A stretch of DNA of 40,925 nt, taken from a virus (lineage: Duplodnaviria > Heunggongvirae > Uroviricota > Caudoviricetes). The position numbers and the translations under genes are program-made. Location of the stretch: IMG/VR virus record IMGVR_UViG_2585427787_000014; one strand, given 5' to 3'. The notes below the pieces were generated by a model, which was not told the DNA's origin, searched no databases, and was given only the letters and a program-made list of their open reading frames with translations. Positions 34,124 through 40,925 of the stretch are shown piece by piece; position 1 is the stretch's first letter, and every line of letters begins with the position of its first letter.

Positions 34124-34354
34124 TCATGAGTAGAAGAAGTATGCCAGTTCTGCTTTTGAGCGCAGCCATTGTCTTGTTTTACAGGCTTTAAAAAGCCCAT
34201 TCATCAATACCTTACCTGGCATTTTGCGCTTACCTGTTAAGTGAGTCTGGATATAGTGACTCGTCGTTCCGGCTTCCTGTGCGAAGGCTTCACGCTCGTC
34301 CGGAGTAAGTGCAAGCCAGTGCTTTTTGAAATCGAAATGTCCGTTATCGCTCAT
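34124..34354 (-). CDS. Cro-like small HTH regulator (first gene of the replication-side operon)
   Basis: 76-aa ORF with HTH-like segment (REAFAQEAGTTSHYIQTHLTGKRKMP); divergent from the CI-like gene across an operator-rich region. Confidence 0.55.
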   Translation of the reverse strand: MSDNGHFDFKKHWLALTPDEREAFAQEAGTTSHYIQTHLTGKRKMPGKVLMNGLFKACKTRQWLRSKAELAYFFYS

Positions 34355-34389
34355 AGCTATTGCCTGATATTTATTTCAGATAATAAATA

Positions 34390-34406
34390 TTCACCCATAA
34401 GGTAAC
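34390..34406. promoter_or_regulatory. operator-like palindrome, imperfect (TTCACC-CATAA-GGTAAC); site 1 of 3 in the divergent switch region
   Basis: 37 bp upstream of the Cro-like start. Confidence 0.45.
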
Positions 34407-34420
34407 AAAAATCAAGGATA

Positions 34421-34437
34421 GTTACCTATGAGGTGCA
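34421..34437. promoter_or_regulatory. operator-like palindrome, imperfect (GTTACC-TATGA-GGTGCA); site 2 of 3
   Basis: Directly abuts site 3. Confidence 0.4.
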
Positions 34438-34454
34438 TTTACCTGTTGGGTAAT
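34438..34454. promoter_or_regulatory. operator-like palindrome (TTTACC-TGTTG-GGTAAT); site 3 of 3
   Basis: 55 bp upstream of the CI-like ATG (34509); same spacer TGTTG as the copy at 35150. Confidence 0.5.
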
Positions 34455-34508
34455 ATTGCTTTAAATTGAATCATCTACTGATTCATATATGAGGCGATTT
34501 TCCAGAAA

Positions 34509-35093
34509 ATGAAAAGTATCCAGGACGTCCGCAGGCAAAATCTCAACGACTTGATCGACCGTGAATTCAATGGTGTTCAGACGCGGATGGCAGAAAAACT
34601 TGGAACTCAGGCAAATCTGGTAAACCGCTGGGCTCTTGGCAAGAAGGTTATCGGCGACCAGGTTGCGCGAAAAATTGAAGCTGCCGCCAATAAACCCCGT
34701 AACTGGCTTGATATCGATCGCTCGCTTTCTCAGGAAGGTTTTCAGCCTGTCGGCCCGAGTGATATAGGTCAGCTGGCTGCTCACAACCTGGAACGCTGGA
34801 TGAGCGAAAGCCGCGACCTTTCAACGCAGGGAAAACTACACCGCGCATCCGGCGTCGCCCAGGTGACAATCAGCCGCCTGTTAAACAATGAGGTCAGCGT
34901 TTCCATTTCCACCCTGGAGAATGTTGCATCCGCATTCGGGCGTCATGGCTATGAATTACTGATTCACCCGCACGACCCTGCGACTATCAACTATGACCGC
35001 TCGCGCTACGCATTGTTACCCGAAACCGAGAAAGCAAAGATCGAAAGTTACATTGAATTTGTCATCAACCAGAACGAAAAAAACAAACAATAA
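34509..35093 (+). CDS. CI-like repressor with two HTH (XRE-type) domains and no recognisable peptidase domain
   Basis: 194-aa ORF; HTH-like segments near residues 20-60 (GVQTRMAEKLGTQANLVNRWALGKK) and 95-150 (LHRASGVAQVTISRLLNNEV); no LexA/S24-like Ser-Lys region seen; followed by a terminator. Confidence 0.55.
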   Translation: MKSIQDVRRQNLNDLIDREFNGVQTRMAEKLGTQANLVNRWALGKKVIGDQVARKIEAAANKPRNWLDIDRSLSQEGFQPVGPSDIGQLAAHNLERWMSESRDLSTQGKLHRASGVAQVTISRLLNNEVSVSISTLENVASAFGRHGYELLIHPHDPATINYDRSRYALLPETEKAKIESYIEFVINQNEKNKQ

Positions 35094-35114
35094 AACTATA
35101 GTTTTCAGCAAGTA

Positions 35115-35136
35115 AGCCGCCTCATGGCGGCTTTTT
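35115..35136 (+). terminator. rho-independent terminator after the repressor gene
   Basis: Stem GCCGCC / GGCGGC with loop TCAT, followed by T6. Confidence 0.65.
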
Positions 35137-35149
35137 TATTGCCTGTTAG

Positions 35150-35166
35150 ATTACCTGTTGGGTAAT
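35150..35166. promoter_or_regulatory. operator-like palindrome (ATTACC-TGTTG-GGTAAT), upstream site of the leftward-type early promoter
   Basis: Perfect; about 20 bp upstream of a TTGACA hexamer (35186-35191). Confidence 0.55.
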
Positions 35167-35211
35167 TTTTTTAACTCATATCTATTGACATCAAACCAGA
35201 TACGCATAATT

Positions 35212-35228
35212 ATTACCTCAACGGTAAC
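35212..35228. promoter_or_regulatory. operator-like palindrome (ATTACC-TCAAC-GGTAAC) overlapping the putative -10 region
   Basis: Starts 20 bp after TTGACA and ends 18 bp before ATG 35247. Confidence 0.55.
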
Positions 35229-35246
35229 AGACCGAGGTAACAAGTT

Positions 35247-35399
35247 ATGCAGTGGAAAATCATCAACGGTTGGTACTGCGTTACTGCATGCGGATTCATG
35301 AGCTGGAAGTTCCGCACCTTACAGGAAGGCATTAAGTGGGCTTTCGTCAGCAAAGAAGCTCGCGATGTGGCCAACGATAACGAGATATGGGAGGGCTGA
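35247..35399 (+). CDS. small early protein (50 aa)
   Basis: Not in the track. GAGGT 8 nt upstream of ATG; MQWKIINGWYCVTACGFMSWKFRTLQEGIKWAFVSKEARDVANDNEIWEG. Confidence 0.35.
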   Translation: MQWKIINGWYCVTACGFMSWKFRTLQEGIKWAFVSKEARDVANDNEIWEG

Positions 35400-35401
35400 T
35401 A

Positions 35402-35701
35402 ATGAACGTTAATCAGCAGAAAAATCTTCAAAAAATCATGCTGGCATTCGACAAGGACTACCGCCTGTCAGAACAGCTATATGACCGACAAGTTGAACTG
35501 ATTGAGAGCATCCGACTTCATCAACTGTCCTCAACTTTCGACGTTGTAACAGGCAAAGGCGTTCGCCAGGAAGTACTGGAGGCTGCTAAAGACAGCCCTG
35601 AGTTCGAAGAACTGATGGATGCCTATCGGCGAGAGGCAATGGCAATTATCGCCCGCTGGGATCTGGCGGATCAGCTTGATGGACAGAGGGACGCGGCATG
35701 A
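35402..35701 (+). CDS. hypothetical early protein
   Basis: GGAGGG before ATG 35402 (track start 35387); helical, charged. Confidence 0.5.
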   Translation: MNVNQQKNLQKIMLAFDKDYRLSEQLYDRQVELIESIRLHQLSSTFDVVTGKGVRQEVLEAAKDSPEFEELMDAYRREAMAIIARWDLADQLDGQRDAA

Positions 35702-35904
35702 AACCAACACTCCTCTCATTGCTGCGAGGTGGAAAACACAGCATCCGAGATATGGCAAAGATTCTTGGTATCTCAAGATCGAAGGTTTCTTGGTTCATCG
35801 CTGAGCTTGAACGTCGCAAATGGGTAGAGGTAACCAGGAGCGCAATATATTTCCACGATGGAACCCGTTCCAACAAGCAGAACGAATACAAGGTTAAGTT
35901 ATGA
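35698..35904 (+). CDS. small HTH/winged-helix DNA-binding protein
   Basis: 68-aa ORF, ATGA-coupled; segment IRDMAKILGISRSKVSWFIAELERRKWV is HTH-like. Confidence 0.5.
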   Translation: MKPTLLSLLRGGKHSIRDMAKILGISRSKVSWFIAELERRKWVEVTRSAIYFHDGTRSNKQNEYKVKL

Positions 35905-36722
35905 ATACTGGCATCTATTTCGACATCAGCAATGAGGACTACCACGCCGGTGACGGCGTGAGTAAGTCGCAACTGGACATGGTTGCCAAGAATCCGGCGC
36001 TTCTTAAATGGGTTCAGGCAGCACCAGAAGACGAAGAGAAAAAGTCTGCACTAGATATGGGAACTGCATTGCACTGTCTGCTTCTTGAACCTGGAGAATT
36101 CGACAAACGCTTCATTGTTTCACCAAAGTTCGATCGTCGGACGAAACAAGGTAAAGCTGACGAAGAAGCATTTCTTCGTGATGTAGCGGATATGGGGATT
36201 GCGGTACTTGATGCCGAGCAGTGGCGGAAACTGGAGCTGATGCGTGATAGCGCAATGGCTCACCCGGCGGCACGCTGGATGCTGGAAGCACCTGGTTACT
36301 GCGAAGCATCAATGTACTGGAACGATGAAGAGACTGGTGAGTTGTGCCGCATTCGTCCAGACAAATGGCTGAACGAGCACAACGTGATCGTCGACGTGAA
36401 AAAGGTTGCAGATATGGACCGTTTTGCACGCCACATTGAGGAATTCCGCTACCACGTGCAGGACGCAATGTACCGCGAAGGCGCAATGAGGGTTACTGGT
36501 CAGCCGCATGGTTTTTTCTTTCTTGCCGTGAGCGAAAGCATTGATTGTGGTCGGTATCCGGTACGCGTGTTCGAGCTGGATGCGCAGGATGTCGATGCCG
36601 GGCACGCTCTGTTCCGCCGGGATCTGAATACCTATCACGAATGCCGCATCAATGATGAATGGGGCGGTGTGGAAATCATTAAACGCCCTGAGTGGGCACG
36701 CAAACAGGATATGTACATATGA
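35901..36722 (+). CDS. PD-(D/E)XK-type recombination exonuclease (Exo/RecE-like partner of the annealing protein)
   Basis: 273-aa ORF, ATGA-coupled to the Bet-like gene; D...D/E-x-K-like signature around IRPDKW...VIVDVKKV. Confidence 0.55.
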   Translation: MNTGIYFDISNEDYHAGDGVSKSQLDMVAKNPALLKWVQAAPEDEEKKSALDMGTALHCLLLEPGEFDKRFIVSPKFDRRTKQGKADEEAFLRDVADMGIAVLDAEQWRKLELMRDSAMAHPAARWMLEAPGYCEASMYWNDEETGELCRIRPDKWLNEHNVIVDVKKVADMDRFARHIEEFRYHVQDAMYREGAMRVTGQPHGFFFLAVSESIDCGRYPVRVFELDAQDVDAGHALFRRDLNTYHECRINDEWGGVEIIKRPEWARKQDMYI

Positions 36723-37660
36723 GCAACGACATCGCAAACATCAACGCACCAGTAGACACAGCAATCGCTGGAACTGCTGCAACTATTTTCAGCCCAGACG
36801 GCTTGAACCAACTGATGAAATTCGCCGAGGTAATGGCGAAAAGCCGCGTAACGGTACCGGCGCACCTCTCCGGGAAACCAGCTGATTGCATGGCCGTGGC
36901 AATGCAGGCTGCGCAGTGGGGAATGAACCCGTTTGCCGTTGCTCAGAAAACCCATGTTGTGAACGGCACGCTAGGTTATGAAGCCCAATTAGTAAACGCA
37001 GTTATCTCAACGATGTCGCCAACAAAAGATCGCATCAACTACGAGTGGTTCGGGCCGTGGGAACGCGTGATCGGTAAGTTTGTTGAGAAAACATCCAAAA
37101 ACGGCCATCCATATATCGCACCAGGCTGGACTCTAAAAGACGAAGAAGGCTGCGGTGTTCGCGTATGGGCAACCATGAAGGGCGAGGATCAACCTCGAGT
37201 GCTTGAGTTAATGCTGTCTCAAGCACAGGTAAGAAACTCCACACTTTGGGCCAGTGATCCGAAACAACAACTCGCATACCTTGCGACAAAACGCTGGTCT
37301 CGCTTGCACTGTCCTGACGTAATCATGGGCGTCTACACACCAGACGAATTACAGGAAACGGCACCGCGCGTTGAGCGAGACATTACTCCGCAAACGACCA
37401 CTGCTGCGGGAATGAACAGTCTGATCAACGCTAAACCAGTGAAAAAGCCTGATGAGCAAACGCGTAAAGCGGATAGCCGTGATCCAGAAGAAATGCTGAT
37501 GGCCTTTACCAGCGCAGCGATGAATTACAGCACTGTCTCCGAACTAGATAAGGCTTACAAATACATTGCACAAAAACTTTCAGATGATGACGAACTGCTG
37601 GCAAAAGCCACCGACGTTTACAGCGTTCGTCGGGAAGAATTAAACGAAACATCTATGTAA
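36719..37660 (+). CDS. single-strand annealing protein, Bet/Red-beta-like
   Basis: Start MSNDIAN overlapping the nuclease stop (ATGA). Similarity to lambda Bet as I recall it (TLWASDPKQQLAYLATKRWSRLHCPDVIMGVYTPDE vs GPWQSHPKRMLRHKAMIQCARLAFGFAGIYDKDE). Confidence 0.6.
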   Translation: MSNDIANINAPVDTAIAGTAATIFSPDGLNQLMKFAEVMAKSRVTVPAHLSGKPADCMAVAMQAAQWGMNPFAVAQKTHVVNGTLGYEAQLVNAVISTMSPTKDRINYEWFGPWERVIGKFVEKTSKNGHPYIAPGWTLKDEEGCGVRVWATMKGEDQPRVLELMLSQAQVRNSTLWASDPKQQLAYLATKRWSRLHCPDVIMGVYTPDELQETAPRVERDITPQTTTAAGMNSLINAKPVKKPDEQTRKADSRDPEEMLMAFTSAAMNYSTVSELDKAYKYIAQKLSDDDELLAKATDVYSVRREELNETSM

Positions 37661-37709
37661 CCACCACCGCGGCGCCACGCGCGCCGCACTGCAACCAAGA
37701 GAGGTATTT

Positions 37710-37958
37710 ATGAAAGGTGCATTAGGTAAGAAGGAACTCCTGGCGGTGGTGCCACTGTCATGGAGCACTATCGACCGTATGGAGCGCGCAGGGGAATTTC
37801 CTAAACGCTGGTATATCACTGACAAACGCTGCGCATGGAACCGTGACGAAGTTGAGCGTTGGCTTGATGAACGTCAGGCAGCAAGCCCGGCAGAGTTCCA
37901 GGGTAAAAAGCCTCCTGTTCAGCAACGTGTATATCGTCCTGTGAGCAACGCTGCATGA
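37710..37958 (+). CDS. AlpA-like small DNA-binding protein (possible excisionase/regulator)
   Basis: 82-aa ORF with AGAGGT Shine-Dalgarno; motif STIDRMERAGEFPKRWYITDKRCAWNRDEVERWL resembles AlpA/Xis-type HTH. Confidence 0.55.
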   Translation: MKGALGKKELLAVVPLSWSTIDRMERAGEFPKRWYITDKRCAWNRDEVERWLDERQAASPAEFQGKKPPVQQRVYRPVSNAA

Positions 37959-38067
37959 GTGCGCTGCTAAGGCACTGGAGCAAATGGTCAGGATGGTACT
38001 TATTCCTGGCCTCTGTTTCAGCATGGCTTTATCTGCTGGCATTAATTTTCAGAGAGGGTTGGATTAA

Positions 38068-38367
38068 GTGAGAAAGTTAAGCCGACTTGAAAAATATCAC
38101 ATGAACAAGGTTTCAATGCGCAGCCCTTCAAAGGTTGTTGCCGTTACTCCTGCGGCGATAGAGATCGAAAAACGCGCGATTGAAAGAGAGAAAAAAGGGC
38201 AGTTCCGCATTGCCGCCCACCTTTGGCTTCAGTGTATGGATGTTGCTTCTGGTGATGTTGAGCGTGCAAGGATCGCGGTTCGCAGGGACCAATGTATCAC
38301 AAAAGGTAACGGCCTTCGCCGTGGCGACTATAGCGGCATAGGATGTTGTGGGGTGGTTTATGACTAA
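38068..38367 (+). CDS. hypothetical small regulatory-type protein
   Basis: 99-aa ORF, GTG start with GAGGG upstream (alternative ATG at 38101). Confidence 0.4.
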   Translation: MRKLSRLEKYHMNKVSMRSPSKVVAVTPAAIEIEKRAIEREKKGQFRIAAHLWLQCMDVASGDVERARIAVRRDQCITKGNGLRRGDYSGIGCCGVVYD

Positions 38368-39010
38368 GAAATACACACTAATCTATGCAGATCCACCCTG
38401 GGTATACCGGGACAAAGCCGCAGATGGTAATCGCGGTGCCGGTTTTAAATATCCGGTTATGAGTGTGCTGGATATCTGCCGCCTTCCTGTGTGGGATTTG
38501 GCCGATGAAAACTGTCTGTTGGCCATGTGGTGGGTGCCAACACAACCACTCGAAGCGCTAAAAGTTGTTGAAGCCTGGGGATTCCGTCTGATGACCATGA
38601 AGGGCTTCACGTGGATAAAATGTGGTAGTCGACAACCAGATAAACTGGTTATGGGTATGGGACACATGACTCGCGCCAATAGTGAAGATTGCCTGTTTGC
38701 AGTAAAGGGAAAACTACATCCGCGCATTAATGCAGGGATCGTTCAGTCATTTACCGCACCGCGGCTTGAGCATTCAAGAAAACCAGATGTCGTTCGTGAA
38801 AAACTTGTGCAATTGTTAGGCGATGTTTCTCGCATTGAACTGTTCGCCCGCCAGTCGTCTCATGGCTTCGATGTTTGGGGTAATCAGTGCGAAGACCCGG
38901 CAGTGCAACTAACTCCTGGATACGCGTTGGATATTGCCAGATTAACAAATGCATTCAGCAATGCTCCGCTGTCACCAACAGACAACCAGGGGCGGGAGCG
39001 TGCAGCATGA
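38360..39010 (+). CDS. MT-A70 family DNA N6-adenine methyltransferase
   Basis: DPPW catalytic motif near the N-terminus ([12 protein letters not shown]); start MTKKYT preceded by GGGGTGG (track start 38348). Confidence 0.7.
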   Translation: MTKKYTLIYADPPWVYRDKAADGNRGAGFKYPVMSVLDICRLPVWDLADENCLLAMWWVPTQPLEALKVVEAWGFRLMTMKGFTWIKCGSRQPDKLVMGMGHMTRANSEDCLFAVKGKLHPRINAGIVQSFTAPRLEHSRKPDVVREKLVQLLGDVSRIELFARQSSHGFDVWGNQCEDPAVQLTPGYALDIARLTNAFSNAPLSPTDNQGRERAA

Positions 39011-39666
39011 ACCTATATCAACGCATCAATGGCGCTGACTGGTGCAATATCTTCGTCGTCGGCGATCTGCATGGGTGCTACACGCTGCTGATGAACGAAC
39101 TCGACAAAGTTTCATTCGACCCGGCGCGCGATTTGCTTATTTCCGTTGGTGACCTTGTTGACCGCGGCGCTGAAAACGTCGAATGCCTGGATTTGATTAC
39201 TATGCCTTGGTTCCGAGCTGTTCGTGGCAACCATGAGCAGATGATGCTGGATGCACTGGTCAACGGCGGAAGTTTCGGACATTGGATGTCAAACGGCGGT
39301 GGATGGTGGCACCAACTTGATTCTGAGCAGGATGTGCAACTCAAATACCTTCTGCCAAAGGTTACCAACCTCCCGATGATTATCGAACTGGTTACCGGCA
39401 ATAAGAAGGTCGTCATCTGCCACGCAGACTACCCGCACAACGAATACGCATTCGATAAGCCAGTACCGGAAGAAATGGTGATATGGAATCGTGAGCGGGT
39501 TAGCGACGCGCAGGACGGTATTGTCTCGGAGATAACCGGTGCCGATTTGTTCATCTTCGGTCATACGCCAGCACATCACCCACTGGTGTATGCAAACCAA
39601 ATGTACATCGACACCGGCGCAGTGTTCTGCGGAAATCTGACGCTTACCAAAGTCCAGGAAGGATAG
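39007..39666 (+). CDS. Ser/Thr protein phosphatase (metallophosphoesterase, lambda NinI-like)
   Basis: Start MNLYQRI overlapping the methylase stop (ATGA); metallophosphatase motifs GDLHG, GDLVDRG, GNHE. Confidence 0.75.
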   Translation: MNLYQRINGADWCNIFVVGDLHGCYTLLMNELDKVSFDPARDLLISVGDLVDRGAENVECLDLITMPWFRAVRGNHEQMMLDALVNGGSFGHWMSNGGGWWHQLDSEQDVQLKYLLPKVTNLPMIIELVTGNKKVVICHADYPHNEYAFDKPVPEEMVIWNRERVSDAQDGIVSEITGADLFIFGHTPAHHPLVYANQMYIDTGAVFCGNLTLTKVQEG

Positions 39667-39668
39667 AA

Positions 39669-40925
39669 TTATTTATTACTGTCTTCCATCCACTTCTCAA
39701 ACTTCGACGGGGAGAACGGAATCAGATCCGTATGCTCCCCGTCAATCCAAGAATCAATCATATCGGCCCACTGCTGCAACATGTAGGCGCGCTGTCTGGC
39801 GTATTCCGCTTTGTTATATACGGCGCGCACACCTTTCTGCTCATGTGCCAGAGCCTTTTCAATCCAGTCTGAAGGATAACCAGCCTCATGCAACAACGTA
39901 CTGGCTGTACGGCGCATATCGTGTACGGTAAAATCCTGAATATGCTCACCATCTTCATTTATTATTTTCACCGTTCTGTCGATCAGAGAGTTCAGCGCGG
40001 CATTAGATAATGGCTTCCGGAAATTGTAACGACCAGGAACCAGATATTCACTTCCACCAGCGCACATCTGCAACCCGACCAATATATCCTGTGCCTGTTT
40101 AGGCAGGTAAATAACGTGCGCCCGGCTTCCCTTCATGCGGTCTGGAGGAATTGTCCATGTCCATTTTTTAAAATCTATTTCATCCCACGTTGCATTGGTG
40201 AATTCGCCTTTACGAACCATAGTGATAAGCACCAACTTTAAAGCCATTTTCATAGTACCCATAGCACCAATGGCATCCAGCGTGCGGAAGAACAGGCCAA
40301 TTTCTTCTGGTGTCAGTGTTCGCTCTCGTGGTTTAAATATGGCGATAGACGAAGGTTTAATGTCAGCCGCAGGATTAAACAAACCATGACCACGGTCATT
40401 GGCGTGACGGTATACGCTGCTGATGATCTCCCTGGCCTGTACTGCTGTTGCACGGCCACCGCGTTCGACAATCCGGTCACACAAATCACGAACCATCGAT
40501 GTGGTAATTTCAGTCATCATTTTGTTGCCAAGAACCGGAAGTATGTCACGGTCGATCACCGCCTGCTTCATTGCGCGGGTACTGTCAGCCAGGATGACGT
40601 GTTTCATATAACTGTCGGTATGTACCGCAAACGTCTCGGCACCACGAATCTTTTTGATACCGTCACGTTTAGCCGCAGCCGGTGACTGGCCTGCTTTAAG
40701 CAGCTTCTTTGCAGCAATCAGTTCTTCTCGCGCTTCTGCCAGGCTGATACCGTCACGCCCATACTGCCCGATTACCAGCGTTTCGCGGCGACCGTTGATA
40801 CGGTAGTCGTAGCGAAACGAGACCGTGCCTGACGTAAGAACAGCTACATACAGCCCGTCACGATCGGAGACCTTGTACAGTTTGTCCTGCGGCTTGAGGT
40901 TTTTTAATTTTGTATCGGTAAGCAC
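39669..40925 (-). CDS. int: tyrosine integrase, P4-like (N-terminal arm-binding domain); 5' end at or just beyond the window edge
   Basis: 418-aa ORF reaching the window end; N-terminus (LTDTKLKNLKPQDKLYKVSDRDGLYVAV) typical of P4-type integrases; C-terminal catalytic R...HxxR...Y pattern (HDMRRTA...Y). Confidence 0.8.
   Translation of the reverse strand: MLTDTKLKNLKPQDKLYKVSDRDGLYVAVLTSGTVSFRYDYRINGRRETLVIGQYGRDGISLAEAREELIAAKKLLKAGQSPAAAKRDGIKKIRGAETFAVHTDSYMKHVILADSTRAMKQAVIDRDILPVLGNKMMTEITTSMVRDLCDRIVERGGRATAVQAREIISSVYRHANDRGHGLFNPAADIKPSSIAIFKPRERTLTPEEIGLFFRTLDAIGAMGTMKMALKLVLITMVRKGEFTNATWDEIDFKKWTWTIPPDRMKGSRAHVIYLPKQAQDILVGLQMCAGGSEYLVPGRYNFRKPLSNAALNSLIDRTVKIINEDGEHIQDFTVHDMRRTASTLLHEAGYPSDWIEKALAHEQKGVRAVYNKAEYARQRAYMLQQWADMIDSWIDGEHTDLIPFSPSKFEKWMEDSNK

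Larger units (their letters stand above)
1143..40925. mobile_element. temperate prophage, near-complete; right end and attR lie beyond the window
   Basis: Contiguous lysis, tail, internal-virion, capsid, portal, terminase, replication, immunity, recombination and integrase modules. Left boundary inferred between the host terminator (1142) and the Rz stop (1289). Confidence 0.8.

Noticed and set aside
1-40925. Two separate prophages or an insertion sequence in the window
   Set aside because: Gene order forms one coherent phage genome; no transposase ORF or terminal inverted repeats were seen.
1-40925. CRISPR array or rRNA genes
   Set aside because: No regularly spaced direct repeats with unique spacers and no rRNA-like conserved segments were seen; the repeats present are palindromic operators and iterons.

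Overview
The window is almost entirely one ~39.8 kb temperate prophage (about 1143 to beyond 40925), with two probable host genes at the left edge (1-1071). The minus strand carries a T7-like structural module (terminase small/large, portal, scaffold, major capsid, tubular A/B-like, four large internal virion proteins, tailspike) followed by a lysis cassette (holin, GH19-type endolysin, Rz with embedded Rz1). From memory this layout resembles epsilon15/phiV10-type temperate podoviruses, which I cannot verify without a search. Early functions are lambda-like: a divergent CI-like/Cro-like switch, O-like and P-like replication genes with iteron-like repeats inside the O-like gene, a nuclease/Bet recombination pair, an MT-A70 methylase, a Ser/Thr phosphatase, and a P4-type integrase truncated at the right edge. 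The most interesting signals are: (1) a 17-bp palindrome (consensus ATTACC-N5-GGTAAT) found about 15 times by eye, in intergenic regions or at gene starts; (2) a near-consensus LexA box in front of a small gene whose product is a standalone copy of the C-terminal domain of a neighbouring Bro-N protein, next to a repressor without a recognisable autocleavage domain; (3) the tailspike reading frame broken exactly at a T10 tract, with an SGNH esterase domain at the C-terminus; (4) an internal tRNA-Arg(UCU) beside a very AT-rich membrane/coiled-coil gene inserted between terminase and portal genes; (5) a YafO-like toxin candidate with a small overlapping upstream ORF; (6) several plausible ORFs under 60 aa that are missing from the ORF track. 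All functional calls are from reading the translations and motifs; no database search was run. No CRISPR array, rRNA or transposase was seen.
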